Source: an uncultured bacterium (GTDB lineage Bacteria; Bacteroidota; Rhodothermia; Rhodothermales; UBA10348). Taken from it: 64,000 nucleotides of DNA. The notes under the pieces were generated by a model. It saw only the letters and a program-made list of their open reading frames with translations, did no database searches and was not told the origin of the DNA. This document shows, piece after piece, positions 56,333-64,000 of the stretch; the first letter of the stretch is position 1, and each line of letters begins with the position of its first letter. The position numbers were made by a program, and so were the translations under genes. Location: positions 14,695-78,694 of the forward strand of contig CALIKL010000040.1 of NCBI GenBank assembly GCA_938018055.1, in the 5' to 3' direction.

Positions 56333-57070
56333 TCAACGACGGACAGCCAAGCCAAGCCCAAAGAATTCATCTCCAGCCGCATCGTTGAGACCCGTTCCCA
56401 CGTGGAAATCGAGCTGGAAATCCTTCGTGACAGGGTAGATCAGTCCGGTGTGGATGGTACAGCGATTATCTCCAACGGGTGGAGATTCACCCATGAACTC
56501 CAGGAATCCGCCCAGTTTATCTGTGATGGAGGCACCCAGCACAGCCGTAGCCTGCCATTCAGCATCCCAGGAGTCGCCCGCTTTAATCAGGTTGCCCGCA
56601 ACCTGTCCGGCGATGGAAACACGGTCGTTCACCGGCTTGCTGGCAATGAAAATCACGGATGGATTGACGTCGTCAGAGGTGAACATCTCATCTCCTGTCG
56701 GTAAGCTGGCCGCGGCCAGCAAGCCGAGGTCCACGCCATTATCCAGCTGAGCAAGCGTCCACTTGATGCCTACACTGATGTCACTCAAGCCCCGATCGAT
56801 ATCGTCGCCAGAGACCAGGGAAGGAAGACCGAATCGGAGTTCGAACCGGGGCTTCAGGCCGTAACGAATCAGCCCCTCACCTGAGTTCAGCATGGAAGCA
56901 TCTCCCACAGTTTGCATCGTGGCACCGGCCTCGAGCTGAAACGTGTTTTTTCCAACCGTCAATGGGGACTCTGTAAAATCCGGGCGATCGGTGGACATGG
57001 CATCCTGAGCGCTTGCAGGTTGAATCAGAAGCAAGGCCAGAAACAGGGCGGGAATAACTGATTTCATCAT
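56333..57070 (-). CDS. outer-membrane beta-barrel protein (MetA-pathway/Phenol_MetA_deg-like transporter family)
   Basis: The start MMKSVIPALFLALLLIQPASAQD, then TDRPDFTESPLTVGKNTFQLEAG, an alternating beta-strand pattern and a C-terminal aromatic-rich end. Confidence 0.7.
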   Translation of the reverse strand: MMKSVIPALFLALLLIQPASAQDAMSTDRPDFTESPLTVGKNTFQLEAGATMQTVGDASMLNSGEGLIRYGLKPRFELRFGLPSLVSGDDIDRGLSDISVGIKWTLAQLDNGVDLGLLAAASLPTGDEMFTSDDVNPSVIFIASKPVNDRVSIAGQVAGNLIKAGDSWDAEWQATAVLGASITDKLGGFLEFMGESPPVGDNRCTIHTGLIYPVTKDFQLDFHVGTGLNDAAGDEFFGLGLAVRR

Positions 57071-57236
57071 GGTCGCGACGTGAAGTCGGAAATGAATGGA
57101 CGTACAGACACTGCAAGGTACGTCTTGAATACGCATCGTAAACGGTAGCTGCGGAAGGAAAGTGAAACCAGGTTACTTCTGGTGTTCGACGATCATCCTC
57201 TATGGTATGTCTGACGAAAACCGATTGGAGCACCCA

Positions 57237-58217
57237 TTAGGCGTAACGGTCCGCACCCGAGGCCTTGATGGCCTTCAGTAGCCAGTCTACATTCTTTCGG
57301 CCTTCCTCGCCTGAAACCTCAGGGGACCGACCTTCTTTTGCAGCCCGAATCCAATCGTCCAGCTCCCCAAGAAAGGGATTCCTTGGTTCAAAGGACACGG
57401 ACTGGCCGTTGTGGATAATAGAACCAGCACCGTGACGGCCCAGCGTGTTTTCCATCCGTACCCACCCGTCATCTCCATAGATCTCAACGCGTGGGCTGGA
57501 TTCAAACTGAACGGAAACACAGATTTCCGCAGTGGCTCCGGACTCAAACTGCAGGGCAACGACGGCTGATTCATCGTGTGGAGAGTCGAATTTAGCCCGA
57601 CTGATGATGCTGGCTACGTGCGTGATCTCGCCTTCAGTGGGAAGGAAAAACCATCGTATCAAGTCCAGGCAGTGTGTACCATTTGCAGCCAGAGCCCACC
57701 ATCGACCAGTTTCTGGATGGGAGCGCCAATTTCCACCGTCGGGAGCCTTGAAGGTCCAGTGGACCCGCATGTGACGAAGACGACCGAGAAGACCCTGTCC
57801 AATCTGGTGTTGCAGTTTGCGGTGGCCATCGTGCCAGCGATGGTGGTAGGCCATGGCCAGCACGACTTCATGTGCCTCACATGCTCGTATCATGCGGTCA
57901 CACGCATCGGAACTGGTTGCCATCGGCTTTTCAAGCAGGATGTGTTTTCCTGCTCGTGCGGCTGCAATGGCTTGTTCCTCGTGGAACCGGTCTGGTGTCG
58001 CGATGATGACGCCTTCCAGTTCTGGATCCGCAAGCAATGAATCGAGCGACGTGTAGACAGGTGTGGGACTCTGCAACTGGTGACGGTCGGCGAAAGCGCG
58101 ACCTCGATCCTCGGACCGGCTCAGGACCGACCAGTTGATGGCGGAAGGGTGAGCCGTAATGGCTGGCGCATGTTGGTCGTCTGCAATACCGCCTGGACCC
58201 AGGATGGCACACTTCAT
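57237..58217 (-). CDS. Gfo/Idh/MocA family oxidoreductase
   Basis: MKCAILGPGGIADDQHAPAI Rossmann N-terminus, and ILLEKPMA with the EKP motif. The start was set at Met 58217. Confidence 0.8.
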   Translation of the reverse strand: MKCAILGPGGIADDQHAPAITAHPSAINWSVLSRSEDRGRAFADRHQLQSPTPVYTSLDSLLADPELEGVIIATPDRFHEEQAIAAARAGKHILLEKPMATSSDACDRMIRACEAHEVVLAMAYHHRWHDGHRKLQHQIGQGLLGRLRHMRVHWTFKAPDGGNWRSHPETGRWWALAANGTHCLDLIRWFFLPTEGEITHVASIISRAKFDSPHDESAVVALQFESGATAEICVSVQFESSPRVEIYGDDGWVRMENTLGRHGAGSIIHNGQSVSFEPRNPFLGELDDWIRAAKEGRSPEVSGEEGRKNVDWLLKAIKASGADRYA

Positions 58218-58376
58218 GGTCGTATCGATCAAAAAAGGGACTTCAAGACAGGAATAAGCCTGTTGGCGTACGCGCTCTCGTTCGACAAGTGCCACAGCTT
58301 CCCGTTTTGTGTGCTTTCGCAGCCGATCGAATCGATGTACCTTGGAACTCCAGTCACATCCAGTATCAGGACCATC

Positions 58377-58976
58377 ATGAATCGTCTCCCATTTCTGCTC
58401 TGCTGTGCCGCCATGGTTTTCACCAACGGGGCATGCGCTCAGTCGTCATCCGATACCCATCTTGTCAATCAGGCGCTGGCTGCCGCACCGGACGAACTCA
58501 AAGAAGATGCCCGCGTCCTGGCCTACGATGATCAAGGCATGTATCGCCTTGTGAGAGACGGTGACAACGGGTTGACCTGTGTGGCAGATAATCCTGGTGC
58601 CGAAGGATTTGAGGTGGTTTGCTACCACAGCGAATTGGAAGCCTACATGGCTCGCGGTCGCGAGCTACGTGCCGAAGGAATGACAGGATCGGAAACGGTG
58701 ACCGCCCGTGGAGAAGAGATTGAGGCGGGGACCCTTTCTTTCACGGAAGGCCCTTCAACTCTTTACATCCGCTATGGTGACGAAGCCTACTACGACGCAG
58801 AATCTGGCGAAGTGATGGCGTCCCGCTTACGATACGTGATCTACACACCGTTCGCGACAGCAGCGACAACCGGGTTGCCGACGCAGCCGGCAGGTCCGGG
58901 CGCTCCGTGGCTCATGTTGCCTGGTGACTGGCGTGCTCACATCATGATCACCCCTCCAGCGCCCGAGGGTAACTGA
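58377..58976 (+). CDS. secreted hypothetical protein
   Basis: An internal start gives the signal peptide MNRLPFLLCCAAMVFTNGACAQ. The upstream part of the listed ORF overlaps the divergent gene. Confidence 0.5.
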   Translation: MNRLPFLLCCAAMVFTNGACAQSSSDTHLVNQALAAAPDELKEDARVLAYDDQGMYRLVRDGDNGLTCVADNPGAEGFEVVCYHSELEAYMARGRELRAEGMTGSETVTARGEEIEAGTLSFTEGPSTLYIRYGDEAYYDAESGEVMASRLRYVIYTPFATAATTGLPTQPAGPGAPWLMLPGDWRAHIMITPPAPEGN

Positions 58977-58991
58977 TGTGAATGCCCTTGG

Positions 58992-59975
58992 TCAGCTCAT
59001 GCGCTGACGCTGGGCTTCCTTACGGGCCATCTTCAGACGACGACGCTGTTCCTGAAGACCTGGAAGGTCGTCACCCAGATGATTTTCACCGCGCTCACGA
59101 GCCAGCTCAATCTGATGCTGGCGCTCTTTCATGCGTGCACGATCCTCTTCGGTGAGGCTATCGTGGCAATACGGGCAACTGACACCGGCTTCGTAGTGTG
59201 AGGAGGCCATGTCTTCCTCCGAAATAGGCATACGGCATGCGTGGCACATATCGTAGTGTCCCCGCTGAAGATCATGATCCACGGTAACGCGACCATCAAA
59301 AACAAAGCATTCTCCATCCCAGAGGGACGCATCCGTTTCCACTTTGTCCAGGTAATTGAGGATGCCGCCTTTCAGGTGAAATACCTCTTCAAATCCTTCA
59401 TCCTTGAGCCAGGACGTAGCTTTTTCGCATCGGATACCTCCTGTGCAAAACATGGCCACTTTCGGGTGCTTGGCAGGATCAAGGTTCTGATGTACGTATT
59501 CGGGAAATTCCCGGAATGACTGCGTATTGGGGTTTACAGCCCCCTTGAATGTCCCAACCTGGTATTCGTAGTCGTTTCGCGTGTCAATCAGGATGACATC
59601 GTCGCGAGAAATAAGATCGTTCCAGTTTTCAGGGTCTACATACGTTCCGACGGTCCGGTTCGGATCGACACCTTCGATTCCGAGAGTCACGATTTCTTTC
59701 TTGAGGCGCACCTTCGTCCGAAGGAAGGGACATTTGTCCGTGTACGATTCCTTGTGTTCGAGAGATGACAGGCCTGGCTGCGCGCGCAGGTGAGTCAAGA
59801 GCGCATCAACACCTTCCCTGCTTCCTGATACGGTACCGTTGATTCCTTCTGTCGCGACGAGAATGGTCCCGCGGACCTCGTGGTCGACCATTACGTCATG
59901 AACGGCACTCCGAAAGGCTTCCGGATTATCGATCGGAGTGAAGTGGTAAAGGGCAGCAACAACGCAGGATGCCAT
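58992..59975 (-). CDS. trhO: rhodanese-domain tRNA uridine(34) hydroxylase (UPF0176/YceA family)
   Basis: [14 protein letters not shown], the rhodanese active-site loop [11 protein letters not shown], and a C-terminal CHAC...CPYC module. Confidence 0.85.
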   Translation of the reverse strand: MASCVVAALYHFTPIDNPEAFRSAVHDVMVDHEVRGTILVATEGINGTVSGSREGVDALLTHLRAQPGLSSLEHKESYTDKCPFLRTKVRLKKEIVTLGIEGVDPNRTVGTYVDPENWNDLISRDDVILIDTRNDYEYQVGTFKGAVNPNTQSFREFPEYVHQNLDPAKHPKVAMFCTGGIRCEKATSWLKDEGFEEVFHLKGGILNYLDKVETDASLWDGECFVFDGRVTVDHDLQRGHYDMCHACRMPISEEDMASSHYEAGVSCPYCHDSLTEEDRARMKERQHQIELARERGENHLGDDLPGLQEQRRRLKMARKEAQRQRMS

Positions 59976-60030
59976 GACGACGGGCGGGAAGGTGGTCAGA
60001 ATGAGCCCTCTTCAACGACTCGTCTCGGGA

Positions 60031-60689
60031 TCAGGATTCCCCTTCAGTCTCAAATTGCCCTTTGTGGCTGCCGTCGCAGAAGGGTTTGCGTTTGGATAGT
60101 CCACACCGACAGAGGGATACTTTTTGACCTTTCCAGCGCACGCATCCACTGGCTGCTCGGATGGACACATTGCCTCGCAGCAACAAGGCGCCATTTTTTC
60201 GAGGGGAAATCGACAACGGCCCACCAGGCTCCTCGTACCCCGGACCTTCCCGGCCAACGGCACCCGTGTCATCCCACCCTTGCTCGGTGTGGGAGTTGTC
60301 ATAAATTGCTGGTTCTTTGAGTGCCCACAACGGCACAATGCCACGCGGCGATTTACGTTGCCTTCCTGTTCTGCGACACCCTCGATGGTCACGTCTCCAC
60401 GCACGTACAAGGGACCGCCGGGAACGACTGTAACGGTGTTTTCTGACTCGGCTTCTTCCTTCAATTCACTCGACTTATTCCTCCAGGCAATGGCCCCCGA
60501 AGGACAGCGCTTGCTGATACGATCCACTTCTTCTACCGAAACGGCATCTGGCTCACCAAACGGATTGCGTTTGAGCTCGAATAACTCGCTATCGGATCGC
60601 CAGCACTCCTCGGCGTGGATACACAAGTTGCCGTCCCAGACAACGTCGACTTCTTTTCCTTCGAACCGGAGTACTTTTTTCGAGCTCAT
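60031..60689 (-). pseudogene. Fer4_19 (divergent 4Fe-4S mono-cluster) + double CDGSH iron-sulfur protein gene with apparent frameshift near 60300-60314
   Basis: The frame from 60689 reads ...CIHAEEC...RCPSGAI...VALCRCGHSKNQ and then turns into non-native sequence. A second frame (ORF 60031..60336) carries ...HTEQGWDDTG...GPLSISP...VSLCRCGLSKRKPFCDGSHKG. Confidence 0.55.
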
Positions 60690-60823
60690 AATATGCAGGT
60701 AGTCGGTGAGAGGAGGGAGGTAAATGGAAGCCAGTTATCCCTCCGTGGTTTGATCCTGTTGAATCGTTTCAGGTGGATGTCGAATCAGATGGCGCGGGTT
60801 ACGCAAAAGACTTGGAACCTACG

Positions 60824-61354
60824 TCACAAGAGGTGCGCGAGTGAGGGGTGGTGAGCGATGAACGCTTCCTCAGTAATCGCATCCGAGCGCAAAAGAGTGA
60901 AATCCTCGAAGTCGAAGCCCGGACCGACGGTACAGCCAACCAACGTATAGTGCCCTGTGGTTCGCGCGGACTGCCAGTGGTTGGCGGGAACGACAAGTAC
61001 AGGATGATCTCGATCCAATGGAGCCCGATCCAACGAGCTGAAATCTTCCTGCAGCACGACCAATTCGATTGGATCGCCATCCAGATGATGCCACACTTCG
61101 TCTGAGCGAACCTTATGCAGGGCGCTGATACCTCCATTCTGTGCTCCATCAAGCAAGAACAGGATCGTAGTCAGTGCGGATCGCTGTGCGCGGTGATCAT
61201 CCGGTTGGACGGTCTGTTCTGATCGAAAACGCTCAACATACCAGCCTCCTTCCGGGTGTTCCTGCATGCCATAGCGGGCTATCAGTCGGGTCGATTCTGA
61301 GTGCAAGATATCTGGCATCTTAGGGTTTCGAAGTGTTGGCGACCTGTCGCTCAA
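60824..61354 (-). CDS. cupin domain protein (DUF985/cupin_5)
   Basis: YGMQEHPEGGWYVERFRS and an HKVRSDEVWHHLDGDPIELVV cupin core. The start overlaps the upstream stop by 4 nt. Confidence 0.8.
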   Translation of the reverse strand: MSDRSPTLRNPKMPDILHSESTRLIARYGMQEHPEGGWYVERFRSEQTVQPDDHRAQRSALTTILFLLDGAQNGGISALHKVRSDEVWHHLDGDPIELVVLQEDFSSLDRAPLDRDHPVLVVPANHWQSARTTGHYTLVGCTVGPGFDFEDFTLLRSDAITEEAFIAHHPSLAHLL

Positions 61355-63543
61355 GGCTCGATGGTGATTTTCGCACCTTTGAATGCTGGTGTCCGGCTCG
61401 CCGGATCAACCCGGTCATCCAGTAGCACGTTTGCCTCCGGAAAGTACATGGCAGCATTACCGGGACGGATGCGATCGAACGGCACAATGCACTGATGCGG
61501 CATGCGCCCTCCGGGACCGGAGACGGTCACACGATCTCCAGCATTGAGATGGTGTGTTTCAAGATCCTCGGGGTTCAAAAGCACGACATCCCTTCGGTCC
61601 ACTCCTCGGAAAATATCTTCCTCTTCATAGACAACCGTATTGAACTGTCCTTCGCTACGGAGTGTCATGAGGCGGTATTCGCCTGGTGTATGGGTTATCT
61701 GAGGCAGATCTGGTATGTGGAATCGAGCCCTTCCGTCCGATGTTGCAAAGCGGGGTTCATGGAAGGTCCGTCCTGAGATCTGAAATTCAGGTCCTCCTGC
61801 ATCCAGGTCAGCCAGCGCACCCCAGCCTGGGACAACGCTGGCGATCATGCGACGCAAGTCGCGCGTACTGCGGATCTGGCCCCAATCCAATGCTCGTAAA
61901 GGGTCTGTTTCGTGCGATGATTGCCGTTCTTTGAGAATCAGACCAAACAAGTCCGCGACGACATCCACTTCACTTCGCGGGCCTTCGAAACGAGGTGCTC
62001 CACCGTCACTCAGCCGAACAAAATTGAACATGGACTCCTGGGTCGTAGGCTCAGGTTCTTCATCGCGAGCCAGGACGGGCAGAATCAAGTGATTCTGTGA
62101 AACAGCCTGGACGTGTCCGGTATTGAGCGTAGTACTCAGGCTGATTTGCCAAGGAATGGAGGATAGTGCCCCTGCAGCCCATTCAGCTGAAGGATTCGAA
62201 CCAAATAGATTACCTCCAAGGTGGAATGCTACATCCATCTCACCCTGAGCAGCCCGCTGCATACAGGCCATGGTGTCCAATCCATCGGTTTCGGGAAGCG
62301 TCAGGTTGTAGCGGGAGATCAGTCCATCAAGGATGGCTTTTTTCAATCGTGGGGTGGCACCAATACTGCCGATGCCCTGCACATTTGAGTGTCCCCGAAT
62401 GGGCATGAGTCCAGACCCGGGGCGTCCTATCATCCCCCGCAGCATAGCGATGGCGGCGATGAGTTGGACGGTTACTGTGCCATGTTGGTGGTGTGTCACT
62501 CCCATGGCCCAGGCAAAAATGACACGTTTCCCGTTGACGTATCGATCGCACAGATTTTCGATGTCAGATCGCGTCAAACCGGATCCAGCTTCGATTTTTT
62601 CCCAGGAGGTAGAGGCCACGTATTCTGCGAAGGCTCCGAATCCCGTCGTGCTGCGATCCAGGAAATCCTGATCTGTTCGTTGGGTCTCGATCAAGTTTTT
62701 CGCCATTCCGACCAGCATGGCAGCATCTCCACCGATGTGCGGCTGAACGATATGGCTGGCAATATCACTTCCAAATAACAGGCTGCGCACATCGGACGGA
62801 ATGCTGAATCGCTCCAGACCCGTTTCCCGAATCGGATTGACGACGATTACCTGTCCACCGCGTCGCCTCACATTCATGAGCGACTTCATCAATCGCGGAT
62901 GATTGCTGGCCGGATTGGCACCGATCAGGATCACGGTGTCCGTCTTGTTCAGGTCTTCCAGCACGACGGTAGCGGTGCCACTGCCCGTCACGGAGGAAAG
63001 TCCAACACCACTCGCCTGGTGGCAGTAGTAGCTGCAGTTGTTGATGTTGTTGGTGCCGTACAGCCGCGCACCAACGTGAAGCAGGAACGCTGCTTCTGAG
63101 CTACTACGTCCGGAGAAATAGAAAAAACTTCGGTCTGGGTGTGCTTTGGCCAGCGCAGTAGCGGCGTATTGCAGCGCATCATGCCAGGAAATCACGCGAT
63201 AGTGGGTGCTACCTGCTTCGCGCAGGACGGGCTGTGATAACCGGCCACTGTGCTCAAGCTGCCTGGGGGAGAGGGAGGCAAGCCGGTCCAAGCTCCATTC
63301 ATGCCAGAACGATTCCCGAATGGGAGCCTGTAGATCTGCGGCCATGGCCTGAACACTCTTCTTGCAGAACTCCGGGAATTCGCCTGCCTCGTTAACCATA
63401 CCCCCACGTTGTCCCCCCATTCCCACGGCACACGTCTTGCACGTATTCCGCGAGCGAAGGGCCTTGAACATTTTTCTGAGCCCACCCGATTGGCGTGCTC
63501 TGGAAATGGTGTAGGCGATGGATGGCCAACCACCTGGGGTCAT
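61351..63543 (-). CDS. FdhF/YdeP family molybdopterin oxidoreductase
   Basis: The N-terminal block CKTCAVGMGGQRGGMVNEAGEFPEFCKKSVQA is typical of YdeP-like enzymes, with an MGD-fold sequence throughout. The likely start is Met 63543 (MTPGGWPSIAY). Confidence 0.8.
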   Translation of the reverse strand: MTPGGWPSIAYTISRARQSGGLRKMFKALRSRNTCKTCAVGMGGQRGGMVNEAGEFPEFCKKSVQAMAADLQAPIRESFWHEWSLDRLASLSPRQLEHSGRLSQPVLREAGSTHYRVISWHDALQYAATALAKAHPDRSFFYFSGRSSSEAAFLLHVGARLYGTNNINNCSYYCHQASGVGLSSVTGSGTATVVLEDLNKTDTVILIGANPASNHPRLMKSLMNVRRRGGQVIVVNPIRETGLERFSIPSDVRSLLFGSDIASHIVQPHIGGDAAMLVGMAKNLIETQRTDQDFLDRSTTGFGAFAEYVASTSWEKIEAGSGLTRSDIENLCDRYVNGKRVIFAWAMGVTHHQHGTVTVQLIAAIAMLRGMIGRPGSGLMPIRGHSNVQGIGSIGATPRLKKAILDGLISRYNLTLPETDGLDTMACMQRAAQGEMDVAFHLGGNLFGSNPSAEWAAGALSSIPWQISLSTTLNTGHVQAVSQNHLILPVLARDEEPEPTTQESMFNFVRLSDGGAPRFEGPRSEVDVVADLFGLILKERQSSHETDPLRALDWGQIRSTRDLRRMIASVVPGWGALADLDAGGPEFQISGRTFHEPRFATSDGRARFHIPDLPQITHTPGEYRLMTLRSEGQFNTVVYEEEDIFRGVDRRDVVLLNPEDLETHHLNAGDRVTVSGPGGRMPHQCIVPFDRIRPGNAAMYFPEANVLLDDRVDPASRTPAFKGAKITIEP

Positions 63544-63662
63544 GGGGATCGCTCTCGTGAGGCTATATTCGGCGATTGAAGTGAATCCCCGGGCCGCGGG
63601 GTCCGTACATAGTCTACTACTTACCACGGGTATTGTCACCCGGTATATCTCCATCTTCTTCC

Positions 63663-64000
63663 ATGAACTGGCTCGATCCGTTTTCCATAACGCTCCTTTC
63701 TTCCGGTGTGATCTTCGTTCTCGCCGCAGAGTGGATGTCGCGACGTCCCCCTCGCAAGATCAACAGTTTTTACGGATATCGGACACCGTCGTCCATGGCT
63801 TCACAAGAGCGATGGGATTTCGCTCAGAAGGCCTCCGCGGTACGTTCGAAATTCTGGGGATGGGTAATGATCACGTTTTCTTTGTTCGGGTATGCGACGG
63901 GCGGACTGCCCGTTGGACTCGGCGTCGTGCTGTCCCTTTTCATCCTGATTGGATCCTGCATCATGCTTCTGGTAGGGACTGAAAAAGATCTTCTGACCCA
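63663..64000 (+). CDS. SdpI/YhfL-like membrane protein, C-terminus outside window
   Basis: Not in the ORF track because it has no stop inside the window. From ATG 63663 the frame is open to the window end: MNWLDPFSITLLSSGVIFVLAAEW...KINSFYGYRTPSSMASQERWDFAQKAS, followed by TM helices. Confidence 0.5.
   Translation, partial: MNWLDPFSITLLSSGVIFVLAAEWMSRRPPRKINSFYGYRTPSSMASQERWDFAQKASAVRSKFWGWVMITFSLFGYATGGLPVGLGVVLSLFILIGSCIMLLVGTEKDLLT

Noticed and set aside
62186-62200. The string GGATTCGAACC, which is the reverse complement of the tRNA T-arm consensus GGTTCGAATCC.
   Set aside because: The flanking bases cannot form a 5-bp T stem (only 2 pairs), there is no acceptor or anticodon arm, and the site is inside the strongly supported YdeP-like CDS.
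1-64000. A window-wide look for CRISPR arrays, long tandem or direct repeats, IS elements, integrases, phage genes, toxin-antitoxin pairs and known defence gene motifs.
   Set aside because: None were recognised. Gene content and tight operon packing look like core chromosome. This was done by eye, so short dispersed repeats could have been missed.

Overview
This is a densely packed chromosomal window made up mostly of housekeeping genes. It comes from a moderately GC-rich member of the FCB group, probably Rhodothermota, Balneolota or Bacteroidota-like. That placement rests on a roughly 2600-aa SprA-type T9SS translocon, three Por-type C-terminal sorting tails, and an alternative complex III operon followed by a caa3 oxidase. 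ORF-track coordinates include the stop codon.

I support about 50 protein genes. I saw no rRNA, no convincing tRNA, no CRISPR array, and no transposase, integrase or phage genes.

Landmarks:
- Two paralogous T9SS-sorted HExxH peptidases (844-5678).
- msrB and msrA.
- An ABC-F ATPase.
- A polysaccharide initiating transferase and a GT2 fusion protein flanking accA and a thioesterase (10234-15269).
- A 12-gene, 13-kb respiratory operon, actABCDEF - small ORF - SCO1 - caa3 subunits II/I/III/IV (16988-29986), closed by a textbook intrinsic terminator.
- metF, ybeY, then sprA-lipB with overlapping stop and start codons (34073-42681).
- A phosphofructokinase with PPi-type residues.
- dnaX-ybaB-recR followed by an orphan ABC permease.
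- dinB.
- A saccharopine-dehydrogenase-like / VOC / T9SS-sorted Asp-box propeller group.
- trhO, a frameshifted Fer4_19 + CDGSH gene, and a cupin - YdeP-like molybdoenzyme pair.

Verdict: I do not see a defensible novel multi-gene system such as a defence island, mobile element or toxin module. The leads worth a second look are:
- a GT2 fused to a phosphoglycosyl-transferase scaffold that appears catalytically dead (13224-15269);
- an apparent frameshift plus a degenerate first motif in a CDGSH iron-sulfur gene (60031-60689);
- a 21-bp-phased GCGTGA(A/G)GCGTG direct repeat upstream of dinB;
- a perfect 14-bp-stem palindrome at 53132-53163;
- a 60-nt hairpin upstream of dnaX with an apex resembling SRP domain IV;
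- an unassigned single-TM ORF inside the ACIII-oxidase operon.

All functional calls come from motif recognition by eye. No searches were run.
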